64,000 nt of DNA, taken from NCBI GenBank assembly GCA_045863855.1, contig BTVV01000006.1:32001-96000 (forward strand), given 5' to 3'. A program made the position numbers and the translations under genes. Shown piece after piece: positions 1 through 10,054 of the stretch. Each line of letters begins with the position of its first letter. Positions within the stretch are counted from its first letter, which is position 1. The notes beneath the pieces are model-generated. The model was not told the origin of the DNA. It did no database searches and saw only the letters and a program-made list of their open reading frames with translations. Origin of the DNA: Planctomycetota bacterium (GTDB taxonomy: Bacteria > Planctomycetota > SZUA-567 > H5-PLA8).

Positions 1-741
1 TTCGAAGCCGCTGAACTGCACGTTTCCCGCCGGCGCGCGGCTTTCCAGCTTCAGCGCCTGCTTTCCTTCCGTGGCATGCTCGGCGGCGGGCGCCATCGAA
101 GACTTGCCTTTGAAGTCCTCGGGATAGTCTTCCAATTCGATCTTGCCCGGGTCCGAACCTTCGAACGAATAGAGCACCTTCGTCTCGAAGCTTCCGGTGC
201 CCTTCACGAGCCGCGCGTGATCCAGGTAGATCGTTGCCGGTGACTTCGGATCGTCGCTCGCGAACTGAATCGCGATCATCTCCAGGTTCTTGAGATCCAA
301 CGCGCCCTTGCCGTTCTGGCGGTTCAGGAGCCCGAGCGAGAAGGCGAGCTTGCGTTTGCCCGGTTGCAGCGTGAACTCGTAGTTGTACCGCGTCCACCAG
401 TCCTTCCCATCCTTGTCGCGGATAAAGCCCGCGACCTTGACCGCGCCGCCTTCGACGAAGACGTCGTACACCAGTTGGTCGTACTCGCCCCACTTCCCGG
501 CGTAATTGGTCCCCGCAAAAAAGAAGACGTTGGGCGAGAAGGGCTGGTCGAGCTTCACCTTTCCCGCGAACTTCCCCTGCGTCGCGTGGTCCGGTACGCA
601 TTCGATCCGCTCTGGAAATTCGAACGCCTGCTGCCGCGATTCGAAATCGAAGAGCAGCGCTTCCTGTTCGCTTGCGCCAAGTCCGGCGGCGGCCGGCAGC
701 AGCACGGTGAGCAGGAAGGCGAAGCGAGTCATGGCGGTCAT
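1..741 (-). CDS. Secreted protein with tandem carbohydrate-binding-module-like (galactose-binding fold) domains; runs off the window start
   Basis: Missing from the ORF track because it has no stop in the window. Open frame from ATG 741 with AGGAG RBS; signal peptide MTAMTRFAFLLTVLLPAAAG; repeated LFDFES..HATQGKFAGKV / LYSFEG..HATEGKQALKL pattern typical of CBM-like N-terminal domains of glycoside hydrolases. Confidence 0.65.
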   Translation of the reverse strand, partial: MTAMTRFAFLLTVLLPAAAGLGASEQEALLFDFESRQQAFEFPERIECVPDHATQGKFAGKVKLDQPFSPNVFFFAGTNYAGKWGEYDQLVYDVFVEGGAVKVAGFIRDKDGKDWWTRYNYEFTLQPGKRKLAFSLGLLNRQNGKGALDLKNLEMIAIQFASDDPKSPATIYLDHARLVKGTGSFETKVLYSFEGSDPGKIELEDYPEDFKGKSSMAPAAEHATEGKQALKLESRAPAGNVQFSGFE

Positions 742-781
742 AGGCAACTCCTATAAGGTAAGACCCGAATCCCGAATTCGT

Positions 782-1930
782 TCACGTGGCGCGCGGAACG
801 GCCAAGCTCTCGCGGCCGACAAAAGAGACGGGGAACACCTCGCGCCGCGCAAGCAGTTCCGGCCGGGCGATGCGCTCGCGCAGCAGACGCACCGCCGCCG
901 CGCCGGAGGGTTCCAACTCCATGTGTACCGACGAAAGCCCCGGCGAAGAAAAGTAGCCCATCTCGCCGAAGCCCACGATGCTGATGTCTTCGGGCACGCG
1001 TAAGCCGGCATCTTTCGCCGCGGCCAGCGCGCCCAAAGCCATCTCGTCGGTCGTGCAGGCCAAGGCCGTGGGCGGCGGACCGGCGCAAAAGAGCCGCGCA
1101 GCGCAGTCGTACGCTTGTCGTCCGCTCGGCGGAACCGGCATCAGGCGCTCGGGCAAAAGGTCGATCCCGCGCGACCGGAACGCGCGCTCGAAGCCGGCCT
1201 TGCGGTCGGCGGCGATCTCGCCCAGTACCGCGCTGCGCGGATCGTCGCTCGATGCATGCACGAAAAACGCGGCGTCGCGGTGACCCAGATCCAGCAAGGC
1301 CGAAGCCGCGAGGTATCCGCCTTCCTCGTTGGCGTGCGTCACGAAATCGAAGGCCGCCGGATGCGACGGCATCGCGCAGTCGTACAACACCGTCGGCTTG
1401 CCCGTTCCCAGCAGCGCATACAGCGTGGGGCGGTCGGTGATGCCGATTACGATCACACCGCTTAAGTCCGCTTCGTGCGCAAGGCGGAGCGCCAAGTCGT
1501 CGGCGTGCTTTTCTAACAGCGGGCGCATGCCCAGCGAAACGCCGGCGCCGCATTCCAAGTGCATGCCTTGCAGCACACGTGCGTAAAATAATCCATCGCG
1601 AGCGTCGATCCGCTCGCCGCGAATCACGAGCCCCACCTTGCTCGCCGCACCAAGTGCTGCTATGGGCGGCAACTCGGGTGGCGCGGGCTCCGCGCCAGGA
1701 CGCCTCACGAACGTCCCGCGCCCGGAGATCCGCTGCAACAAGCCTTCTTCCGTCAGCTCGACCAGCGCCCGCCGGACCGTCATCCGGCTTAAACCCAGCT
1801 CGTCCGCCAAGCTCCGTTCGTCCGGAATCGGCTGGTCAGCCAGAAAGCGCCCGGCCAGAATTTCACGCTTCAAGCTTTCCTTGACCTGGAGGTAAAGCGG
1901 CATTGGGTCATCGCGGCGCAAGCTGATCAT
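782..1930 (-). CDS. GntR-HTH / LacI-type sugar-binding transcriptional regulator (AraR-like architecture)
   Basis: N-terminal [35 protein letters not shown]-terminal LacI sensor motifs [23 protein letters not shown]. Confidence 0.9.
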   Translation of the reverse strand: MISLRRDDPMPLYLQVKESLKREILAGRFLADQPIPDERSLADELGLSRMTVRRALVELTEEGLLQRISGRGTFVRRPGAEPAPPELPPIAALGAASKVGLVIRGERIDARDGLFYARVLQGMHLECGAGVSLGMRPLLEKHADDLALRLAHEADLSGVIVIGITDRPTLYALLGTGKPTVLYDCAMPSHPAAFDFVTHANEEGGYLAASALLDLGHRDAAFFVHASSDDPRSAVLGEIAADRKAGFERAFRSRGIDLLPERLMPVPPSGRQAYDCAARLFCAGPPPTALACTTDEMALGALAAAKDAGLRVPEDISIVGFGEMGYFSSPGLSSVHMELEPSGAAAVRLLRERIARPELLARREVFPVSFVGRESLAVPRAT

Positions 1931-2007
1931 AGACCGGAATACACCCGACTATACCAGGATGTCAATAATTTCGATATTTCACGTAACCTATTTAACTATA
2001 TACACTT

Positions 2008-2035
2008 AAAAAGAAAGCCTCCCGCGAAGGGAGGC
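2008..2035 (-). terminator. Intrinsic terminator of the small 2063-2269 gene
   Basis: GCCTCCC-gcgaa-GGGAGGC stem (2017-2035) followed on the minus strand by TTTCTTTTT. Confidence 0.75.
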
Positions 2036-2062
2036 ATTCAAGAACATGGGAAAAGCAAGAGC

Positions 2063-2269
2063 TTAGTTTGCACAGGCGCTCGCACCGGTTTCCTGGACCG
2101 CCTTAAGCGTCTCGACCAGCAACTCCCGCCGCCGCCGCTCACGCTCCAAGCGATCCGTATCCGCGCCTTCGTTCCGCATGCGCTCCAAACGCATATCCAC
2201 CACTTCACAGACCGTGTGCAGCATCCGCACCGTATCCTCTACCGTCCGCAGTTTCGTGATCGTCTTCAT
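2063..2269 (-). CDS. Small helical hypothetical protein (~68 aa)
   Basis: GGGAGG RBS well spaced from ATG 2269 (ATG 2278 abuts it); has its own terminator; charged heptad-like sequence. Confidence 0.6.
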   Translation of the reverse strand: MKTITKLRTVEDTVRMLHTVCEVVDMRLERMRNEGADTDRLERERRRRELLVETLKAVQETGASACAN

Positions 2270-2651
2270 AGTCTGCATCCTCCCGGTTGATTATCGACAG
2301 CGCCGGGTTCGCACTTCACTTCGTTCAACGTTCTTGGCCTTGAAAGCCTTCGATCAAAGTATGGCTTCGGCTCAAGACTCTATTCCTTTTAACGAAACGA
2401 ACCCTTTCGCAGTCACGCATCGAATTCTTGCACGCGTGCAGGACTCTTTTAAGCCTCTTTGGCGAGCGCGGCGCTCTACAAATCAGTGACGTACGTAAGC
2501 GTACTGGCTTGAATGTATTTTCAATCATGCGGCGATCGGCGCTCGATGCGGTCTGGGGCCACTTGCGGCGCGCCCGAGGCCCGGTAACCTGATCCGCTTT
2601 CCCGCCGTGTGCGCCTGACGCTGCGGTGGGCTTCGCGAAAGGACTCCTGTC

Positions 2652-3866
2652 ATGGCCGAGAAGTGCATTCTCCTTTACTCCGGCGGGCTCGATACGAGCG
2701 TCATCGTTCACTGGCTGGCGCAGAAGGGGTACGAAGTCGTCTGCGTGACCATCGACGTCGGTCAGCAGGAAGACATCCAGTTCGAGAAGAAAGCGCTCGG
2801 CAGCGGTGCGTCGAAGTTCATGATCCGCGACATCACCGAGGAGTTCGTCAAGCAGGGCGTCTATCAGTGCATTCGCGCGCAGGCCAAATACGAAGGACGC
2901 TACCTGCTCGGGACGAGCATCGCGCGCCCGTTCATGATCAAGGCCATCTGCGATGTGGCCAAAGCCGAAGGCACGTCCGTCATCGCGCACGGCGCGACGG
3001 GCAAAGGCAACGACCAGTGCCGCTTCGAGTTGGCCGCGTATGCGCTGGTGCCCGGCGCGAAGATTATCGCGCCTTGGCGCGACGCCGAATTCCGCAAGCT
3101 CATCCCCGGTCGCAAAGAAGCCATCGAGTACGCCGCCAAGCACGGCATTCCGATCCAGGCCAGCGCCTCCAAGCCCTGGTCCACCGATCCGAACATCCAG
3201 CACCGCAGCCACGAGGCCGGCGAACTGGAAGATCCGTGGCTGCGCCCGCGCGACGAGATGTACCAACTCGTCACGCCGCCCGCAAAAGCGCCGGACAAGA
3301 CCGAGACGGTGGAGATCGAATTCGAACGCGGCTACCCGGTGGGCTTGAACGGCAAGCTGCTCGAGCCCGTGGCGCTGCTCAACGAATTGAACACCATCGC
3401 CGGGCGCAACGGGGTGGGGATCGTCGATATGGTCGAGAACCGCTTCGTGGGCATGAAAAGCCGTGGAGTCTACGAAGCCCCCGGGGCGACGGTGCTGTAC
3501 GAAGCGCACCGCGATCTTGAAGGCATCACCCAAGACCGCAAGGTCGCTCAAATCCGCGACGGCCTGATCCCGACGTACGCGCAGCTCGTCTACGACGGCT
3601 TCTGGTTCCATCCGGCCAAGGAATGCCTGGACGCGCTGATCGACGAATCGCAGCGCCACGTGACCGGCACGGTGAAGCTCGAACTTTACAAGGGCGGCGT
3701 GCGTACGGTGGGCCGCAAGAGTCCCCACAGCCTCTACGACGAATCGGTCGCGACGATGGAAGGCGGCGGGAGCTACAACCAGGACGACGCGACCGGATTC
3801 CTGCGCATCCAGGGTCTGCCCACGCGCATCCAGGCGCAGATTCGCGCGCGCGGAACCAAGCGCTAA
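2652..3866 (+). CDS. argG: Argininosuccinate synthase
   Basis: LYSGGLDTS, HGATGKGNDQ.RF, ENRFVGMKSRGVYEAPG motifs. Confidence 0.97.
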   Translation: MAEKCILLYSGGLDTSVIVHWLAQKGYEVVCVTIDVGQQEDIQFEKKALGSGASKFMIRDITEEFVKQGVYQCIRAQAKYEGRYLLGTSIARPFMIKAICDVAKAEGTSVIAHGATGKGNDQCRFELAAYALVPGAKIIAPWRDAEFRKLIPGRKEAIEYAAKHGIPIQASASKPWSTDPNIQHRSHEAGELEDPWLRPRDEMYQLVTPPAKAPDKTETVEIEFERGYPVGLNGKLLEPVALLNELNTIAGRNGVGIVDMVENRFVGMKSRGVYEAPGATVLYEAHRDLEGITQDRKVAQIRDGLIPTYAQLVYDGFWFHPAKECLDALIDESQRHVTGTVKLELYKGGVRTVGRKSPHSLYDESVATMEGGGSYNQDDATGFLRIQGLPTRIQAQIRARGTKR

Positions 3867-3902
3867 GCGCGGCGTCGAAACCAAGCCACGTTTAATGTCC
3901 AT

Positions 3903-3933
3903 AAAGCTCCGCGGGCGACCACCGCGGAGTTTT
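3903..3933. terminator. Probable bidirectional terminator between argG and the convergent gene
   Basis: AAAG-CTCCGCGG-gcgacca-CCGCGGAG-TTTT. Confidence 0.65.
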
Positions 3934-3949
3934 CATTTGGCGCGTGGAT

Positions 3950-5692
3950 TCATGACGTAGGCGGGGTCTTGCGCAGCAGGTCGATTCGCCCGCGATGATA
4001 GACCCATCCGTACAGCCCGTAGAACAACAGCGGACCCAGGTGCAGGCCCCCCAGCGCCAGAAGCAAGTGCGTCCATTCGTTCGAGTACAGGAAAAAGATG
4101 GCACCGGCCAGACCCATTCCGATGGGCAACACGGCGATAAACAAGATCGTCAAGTTGGTGAAGCTTAGTGACTCCAGATCGTCCGTCCCGCCCGCAAAGC
4201 GCATCGTCGCGATCAGCGGTTGAAAGGCCAGGGCGATCCAGACCGCCTTCACGGCCACCAGCGCGCCGCTCAGCGCCGTGCCGCCCCAATAGTTGGAGTT
4301 GATCGCCCAGCTTGCCGCATGGACCGTGGCCAAGGGGAGCCAGAAAAGCGCGCGCAGAGTCGCGGTCTTTATGAAGATCCTCGACATCTGCGCGTACCCC
4401 ACCGGATAGAAGCTGTGGCGCGGCCCGAACTGATTCCCGCAAGGCAGCATGGCGAAGCCGCAGTCGTAACCGCCCGAAATGCCGAAGGCCCAGAGCGTCG
4501 CCAAGATTGCCGGAAGCAGGTGCACCCATCCCGGCAGCCAAGGCGCAAGCCAGATCAAGGCCACGCCCAAGACGGTCAGTGCCGCTGCGAACCGCCAGCC
4601 GCCGGTCCATGAAGGCGGGGCGCCCTCCATGAAGGCCGCGATGGTACGCTCGCGCGGTGTGAACCAGCGCCCGGCGCAGCGTTCGATAAATCCCAATTCC
4701 TCCCAGCGCCAGCCCGGCGCACGCAACATTTCACGTGCCGAGGCTTCGCAGGCCGCCTCGTACTCCGTTCGCAAGAGCGCGCGTGCGGCGTCGCGGTCGG
4801 CTTCGAGCACACGCGCTTCAAGTTCCGGTATCTCTTTATCCGGCGGCGGATCGAGGCGCGCATCCAGGTTCGCGTCGAGATGGCTTTCCGCCGTGGCCTG
4901 CGAGATCGCCCGGTCCAGGGGCATCTCGTATTGCCGCGCGGCCCAATGCAGCGCCGGACCGCATGCGTAGATCAGCAGGATCGCCGGAATCGTCGCCAGG
5001 ACGGCCCAGGGATCGCCGCCCAGCACGCCCTCCAACAACGCCATGTTGGTCCAGCCGGCCGGAACGGCCAATTGTGCCATGGGCGGCAATTGCGGCAGAA
5101 AGGAGCTGCGGAATACGAACATCACCCATGCGCCGACGCTTAGAATGCCGCCGGCCAGCCCCAAAGGCCAATGCGGCACGAACGCCGCGGCCATGGCCGC
5201 CAGCGCGACGACGCATTCGCCCTGCAGCCAAGCCAGCATCGGCACCGCCAGCCAGCGCCAGCCGTTCAGGCCGGCGACCAGCCCTGTTACCGTGTAGGCC
5301 GCGGCGAATACGAACGCATAGCCCCAGGCTTGCCGCCGCGTCCGCGCCCATTGATACATGAAGAAATCCCGGTCGCGCATGGGCAACGCCGCCAGCGCGA
5401 CGAACTCCGGGCCTCCGCCCAGCCGGCCGAGCAGGTCATGGGCTTGGCGCAGCGCCTGACCGGTGGTCCACATCGCGATCAGCAGCAGGACGCCCGGCAT
5501 CGCATTGGGTTCGTGCACGGCGGCGAACAAGAACAGGAGTGCGAACAGCCACCACAGCCAAGCGCCTTGAATCGTGCGCCGATGCGCCTTGCGTACGCGC
5601 TTGTATTCGCGCCAGAGTTCGGACGAATCGCGCAGCGCCGTACGCGCCGCAGCGCGCAGCCGCTTCCGAAGCGCCCGATCGGACAGATTCAA
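3950..5692 (-). CDS. Polytopic membrane protein, probable ABC-2-type permease
   Basis: Two blocks of hydrophobic helices separated by a soluble loop; TTG start at 5692 overlaps the TGA of the ABC ATPase (TTGA); the ORF-track start 5968 is an upstream extension. Confidence 0.7.
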   Translation of the reverse strand: MNLSDRALRKRLRAAARTALRDSSELWREYKRVRKAHRRTIQGAWLWWLFALLFLFAAVHEPNAMPGVLLLIAMWTTGQALRQAHDLLGRLGGGPEFVALAALPMRDRDFFMYQWARTRRQAWGYAFVFAAAYTVTGLVAGLNGWRWLAVPMLAWLQGECVVALAAMAAAFVPHWPLGLAGGILSVGAWVMFVFRSSFLPQLPPMAQLAVPAGWTNMALLEGVLGGDPWAVLATIPAILLIYACGPALHWAARQYEMPLDRAISQATAESHLDANLDARLDPPPDKEIPELEARVLEADRDAARALLRTEYEAACEASAREMLRAPGWRWEELGFIERCAGRWFTPRERTIAAFMEGAPPSWTGGWRFAAALTVLGVALIWLAPWLPGWVHLLPAILATLWAFGISGGYDCGFAMLPCGNQFGPRHSFYPVGYAQMSRIFIKTATLRALFWLPLATVHAASWAINSNYWGGTALSGALVAVKAVWIALAFQPLIATMRFAGGTDDLESLSFTNLTILFIAVLPIGMGLAGAIFFLYSNEWTHLLLALGGLHLGPLLFYGLYGWVYHRGRIDLLRKTPPTS

Positions 5693-6432
5693 GCGTCGCC
5701 GTCCTCTGCGCGCAGCCGCGCGAACAGATCTTCGAGCACGCCTCCGTTCGAGCCCATGGCGGCGCGCAGCGCTTCGAGCCGGTCGAAGGCGCGCACCTGG
5801 CCCTTGTGGATGACGCAGACCCGGTCGGAGAACGCCTCGGCGAGATCCAGAAGTTGCGTGGTGTAGAGCACGGTTCGCCCGCGCTTGGCCGCTTCGCGTG
5901 AGGCGCGCTTGAAGCTGGAAATTCCATGCGGATCCATGCCGCTCGCGAACGGCTCGTCCAGCAACCACAACTCGGGGTCCACCGCCAGCAGTCCCGCAAG
6001 GGCCGATTTGTAAGCTTGCCCGCGCGAGAGCGCCTGCGCCGGCGCGTCGATCAGGGGCAGAAGGTCGAAATCCTTGAGCAGTCCGACGATGCGATCTTCC
6101 CAGCCCGGCTGCGCATCGGCTTCGTACAGTTTAAGAACGGAAGTAAGGTGGTGGATCAGCGTTCCGCCAGGCACCAGCGGCGGGAAATCGGGCAAAAAGA
6201 AGAACTTCCGGCGCAGATCCAGACGGTCGCGCGCGAATCGTTCGCCATCGTAGCGAATCATTCCGCGATCGGGTGCGGCGATGCCGGCCAGGCAGCGCAG
6301 CAGGGTGGTTTTACCGGCCCCGTTGAGTCCGAGGACGGCCACGATCTGTCCCGGCTCGATCTCGAGGTCGACATCGGCCAGCGCGTTCAGCCCGCCGTAG
6401 CGTTTGGACAGGCCGATCAGTTCGATCCGCAT
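5689..6432 (-). CDS. ABC transporter ATP-binding protein
   Basis: Walker A GLNGAGKT, signature LSRGQ, Walker B LLDEP. Confidence 0.92.
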   Translation of the reverse strand: MRIELIGLSKRYGGLNALADVDLEIEPGQIVAVLGLNGAGKTTLLRCLAGIAAPDRGMIRYDGERFARDRLDLRRKFFFLPDFPPLVPGGTLIHHLTSVLKLYEADAQPGWEDRIVGLLKDFDLLPLIDAPAQALSRGQAYKSALAGLLAVDPELWLLDEPFASGMDPHGISSFKRASREAAKRGRTVLYTTQLLDLAEAFSDRVCVIHKGQVRAFDRLEALRAAMGSNGGVLEDLFARLRAEDGDA

Positions 6433-6492
6433 GCCTTCGGTTATCGGCTCGAAGCGCGTCCGGTCAAGCGCGGCCTTCGAACCGCTCGGGCC

Positions 6493-8904
6493 TTACTCGA
6501 GCGGTGTCAACGTCAGGGTCGCCGGATCCAACCGCAGCACCATGACCTCCATGCGGCTGCAGTTTTTAATCCGCACGACTGCTTTCAGTTCGGGATCGTA
6601 GATCGGCGAGAAATCGCGGCCGGCCGCATTGGGGAACTGGAATTTGTCTCCCGTGCAAGGAGCCGTGAACCACTTTCGTTCGCCGAGCTTGTAGAAATAC
6701 AGTTGCTCAGGAGCGGCCTTGTCCTGGGTACAGACCAGCAGCGCCGCGTCCAGTTCGGGGATGTACGTCGAATCGCCGTGCGCTTTGACGAGCGGCTTGC
6801 CTTGAAGCTGTTCCTTCGCCCACTGCTTTGCCTTGAAGTCGAAGCACCATACCTCGCCGGTGTCGCGCGCGAAGTAAACCAGCCGGTCGCGCTTCGTATC
6901 GTGGCATAGGTGCCCGTGCTCGTCGTGTTTGGGACCGCTTCCCGAAATCACCTCTTCCCACTTGCCGGCAGCCACATTGGCCTTGGCCAGCGTTCCCGTG
7001 CTGTACGCGTACAGGCCGTGCGGCGTGGAACAGAACGAGACTTGCGACGCGACGCCGTATTTGCCAGGGCAGACCCCGATGTTCGTGACGAACATGCGGT
7101 GCTTGAGGTCGTACACGTCGCCGATGTAGGTAATCAGGCTGTTGCTCGCGATGTCGATCCCGTAGCTCTTGCGCGAATGCGTCGGCAGCAGCGACCAGCC
7201 TCCGGCGCTGATGCCTGGCGGGCCGGAGACCATTCCGTGCAGCCAGACGGGGTTGTAGTTGGGCGCGTCGGCCATGCCGACCCAGCGGTCCATTCCCACG
7301 TCGTACTCGATCACGTCGGCGCCGGGGTAGGTGCTGTGTCCGCCGCCCCAAGCGTAGGCGCGGTGGGTGCGCGGATCGTAAATGTTGCTGCCCCAATCGC
7401 GCCCCGGCGGCACCCAAGGCGGCTTGCGCAGCACCCAAGTGTTTGCCGGCTGTGCGGCGACCGCGGCCAGCCCGGCCTTCGGATCCTTCGAAGCCAGTTC
7501 CCCGGCCAGATACTCGTCGGGGAGTTTCGAACCCCAGCCCTTGCCTTTGCAGTGGTAATCGAGCTTCGGGTCGCGAGCCGCATCCGTGGGCGCCTTCGGC
7601 GCGGACGCCACATCCAGCTTTAGCGTGAAGACCGGCATCTTGTTGTTGCGCGATGGATTCGGGTATGCCGCCAGGACCACCAGGCCGCGCTTGGGATCGA
7701 AGTCCGCGCTGGCGTGAGCCGCTGGCGCGGGGAGATCCAGCCCCAGCTTCGTCCATTCCCCCTTGACCGTGTTGAAGGCCCAGGTGTCCTTCAGCGGCGT
7801 CCAGTTCCCGCCGTATCCGCCCACCAGCAGCAGCGTCTTCTGGGCGGGTACGTAGACCAGCGCGTGGCCCGCTCGCGCCTGCGGCGAGACCGGCGTCTTC
7901 ACCTCGCTCCAGGCACGGCTGGCGCAATCGTATACCCACGTGTCGCCGATACAGCGCATCAGGTCGTCGCCGCCGAAAAGCACGATCTTCTTCGCGTCCG
8001 AGTCGTAGGCCAGGCCCGGCAGGATGCGCGCGCCGGGTTGCTTGCTCAGCGGCTGTTCGATCGCCTTCCAGCTCTTCGTGCTCTCCGAAAAGGTCCAGGT
8101 GCCGCAATGCGACGGATACCAGCGCCGGGCGGAGGTCACGCCCGAATCGTCCGGCGTCAGCCGCCGCACGCGCTTGGCCGCTTCGTCAAAGATCCAGTCG
8201 CCCGGCTTCACCGGTTCCTTGTCCGCGCTCATCCGGCCCCACACCCCGCCCCCGCCGAACGAGACCGCCTCCTTGTTGTGCGCGTCGTAGCAGAGCGCGC
8301 CCCATAACGGGAGCCGCTTGCCCGCCTTGTTCGCCGCCTCGCCCACCGGCACCGGCAGCACCGCCTTCGCCGCCGGGTTGTACGCCTCGAAGTCCTCGCT
8401 CATCGAGAGCGGACTCAGGAGCGGCTCCCACACCACGCTTTCCGGATCGAGCAGCCAACCGGCGGTCGGTTGCTTTTTCGACGACCACCACCACTCCTGT
8501 TTGAGAAACAGAATCTTCTTCAGCCCCGGCAGGTAGACATAGCCCTTGGGCGAATCGAACGTGTCGGGCGTAGCGGGCGTCTTTCCCGGAGCAAACTCCC
8601 ACTTGGGGTTCTCGAAAGAGATTTTGCGCAGGCCGGGGCCTTCCTTGGCTTCCGTTTCGGTCAGCATCGGCGCGACCACGCCGCAGTCACGGTCCGCGAG
8701 CCAGAGGAAAGCCGGTCCGGTGAGGCTCGGCCAGTTGCCCTTGGGCGGCGGATACGTCCCGTCGCCCAGCGGTGTCCAGACATTTACCTGCGGATTCCCG
8801 AGGTTCGGCTGCGCTTCGGAGGCGCGCACCAGCGCTGCGGCCAACACGGCACATGCGAGTAACAGAGCGATTCTTGGCATGGAGGCGCCTCTTTTTGTGT
8901 TCAT
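6493..8904 (-). CDS. Secreted Kelch-like double beta-propeller protein
   Basis: Signal peptide; Kelch-like blades KKIVLFGGD..DTWVYD..W, GHALVY..LLVGG..DTWAF; second region WGGGHSTYPG; start 8904 (ATGA overlap) or 8880. Confidence 0.8.
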   Translation of the reverse strand: MNTKRGASMPRIALLLACAVLAAALVRASEAQPNLGNPQVNVWTPLGDGTYPPPKGNWPSLTGPAFLWLADRDCGVVAPMLTETEAKEGPGLRKISFENPKWEFAPGKTPATPDTFDSPKGYVYLPGLKKILFLKQEWWWSSKKQPTAGWLLDPESVVWEPLLSPLSMSEDFEAYNPAAKAVLPVPVGEAANKAGKRLPLWGALCYDAHNKEAVSFGGGGVWGRMSADKEPVKPGDWIFDEAAKRVRRLTPDDSGVTSARRWYPSHCGTWTFSESTKSWKAIEQPLSKQPGARILPGLAYDSDAKKIVLFGGDDLMRCIGDTWVYDCASRAWSEVKTPVSPQARAGHALVYVPAQKTLLLVGGYGGNWTPLKDTWAFNTVKGEWTKLGLDLPAPAAHASADFDPKRGLVVLAAYPNPSRNNKMPVFTLKLDVASAPKAPTDAARDPKLDYHCKGKGWGSKLPDEYLAGELASKDPKAGLAAVAAQPANTWVLRKPPWVPPGRDWGSNIYDPRTHRAYAWGGGHSTYPGADVIEYDVGMDRWVGMADAPNYNPVWLHGMVSGPPGISAGGWSLLPTHSRKSYGIDIASNSLITYIGDVYDLKHRMFVTNIGVCPGKYGVASQVSFCSTPHGLYAYSTGTLAKANVAAGKWEEVISGSGPKHDEHGHLCHDTKRDRLVYFARDTGEVWCFDFKAKQWAKEQLQGKPLVKAHGDSTYIPELDAALLVCTQDKAAPEQLYFYKLGERKWFTAPCTGDKFQFPNAAGRDFSPIYDPELKAVVRIKNCSRMEVMVLRLDPATLTLTPLE

Positions 8905-10043
8905 TTGGCCGTGCCGGGCAGGCTGCCAGGGGTGTCGGAAAGTTTGAACGCAACGGTTTTCCAGCCGCGGCCAACGATCAGGTGAACGTTGTTCACCGGG
9001 TCATAATCGTGGCGGTGGCGGATCATCTTTTCACCCACCAGCGCTTCGGCGTTCGAGCCTGTCTTGTACCAGCGGTTATCGCGGGGGCTGAAATAGAAGA
9101 AATCTCCTTCGGCGAAAACGACGAAGACGCGATTGCGCGGATCGTAGACCGCGTTGCAGTCGTGCGTGGCCGGTGCTTCGCCCTGCGTCTCGACGGTCGT
9201 CCACTGTCCGCTCTTGAGGTCATATTTGCAGAAGAGCTTGTTCTGCGGAGTTTCTTTAGGTCCGCGCGGGAGCGCCACCAGCGCTTCCTCGTCGGGGAAA
9301 TACTCCAGGCCCGCATAGGAGTACGGCAGACCTTTCGGAATCTTGCCCAGATCGCGCACCTCCTCGGTCTTCCAGTTCACCGCGCGAAAGGTCCCGGTCT
9401 GCGCGTAAAAGTAAATCCAGTCGGGCTCCTTGGGCCAGACCGCGGAGCCGACATGATTCATCGCCAGCCCGGCCTTTTTGCTTACCGACCACTCGCGTTT
9501 GACCGGATCGAACGTCCACAGCCCCGAGCCTTTGTAGCATTCCTTGTAAACCGTTCCGTCGAGGTACGAGCCGCCGATTTCACCCACCAACTGAGTGCAG
9601 ATCATCAGCGACTGGTTGGGCGGCACCACCAGTCCGTCGTACGTGTGGCGGCTGGAAGCGTAAATCTTGCCTTGGTATCTGAGACCGCCAAGGGGCTTCT
9701 TTTCCGCGTCGAAGAGCGCATTCTCGCGGGTGTACTCTTTCGGCGAGATGTCCGGACTGAGTTCGGACCATTGCAACGTGGCGGGATCGAATTCATGAAC
9801 GCTGTTGGGAAACTTGCGCGTCGCGTGCCCGCCGCCGAAGGCGTAGAAGCGGTGGCGGTGCGGATCGTAGACGATGCCGCTGAAATCGAGCACATTGCCG
9901 TCGCCTTTGTAGCCCTCGCTGGCCAGCAGCGCGGACTTCTCGGCCAGACCGGCGAGCTTGGGATGGGGCGCGAACCGGGCCGCCGGTTCGCCCGCGTACG
10001 ACGCCGCGGCAATGCTCAACAGCACGAACAGGATCGAACGCAT
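8901..10043 (-). CDS. Secreted Kelch-like single beta-propeller protein
   Basis: Signal peptide MRSILFVLLSIAAASYA from ATG 10043; YDP..FYAFGGGH, FDP...W repeats. Confidence 0.75.
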   Translation of the reverse strand: MRSILFVLLSIAAASYAGEPAARFAPHPKLAGLAEKSALLASEGYKGDGNVLDFSGIVYDPHRHRFYAFGGGHATRKFPNSVHEFDPATLQWSELSPDISPKEYTRENALFDAEKKPLGGLRYQGKIYASSRHTYDGLVVPPNQSLMICTQLVGEIGGSYLDGTVYKECYKGSGLWTFDPVKREWSVSKKAGLAMNHVGSAVWPKEPDWIYFYAQTGTFRAVNWKTEEVRDLGKIPKGLPYSYAGLEYFPDEEALVALPRGPKETPQNKLFCKYDLKSGQWTTVETQGEAPATHDCNAVYDPRNRVFVVFAEGDFFYFSPRDNRWYKTGSNAEALVGEKMIRHRHDYDPVNNVHLIVGRGWKTVAFKLSDTPGSLPGTAK

Positions 10044-10054
10044 AGTGCATTTCC

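Noticed and set aside
2325..3902. Long antisense ORFs (also 33679-36102, 38052-39632, 45792-47465, 49686-51860, 60151-61989)
   Set aside because: They shadow well-supported genes on the opposite strand, as expected from high GC3, and carry no recognisable motifs
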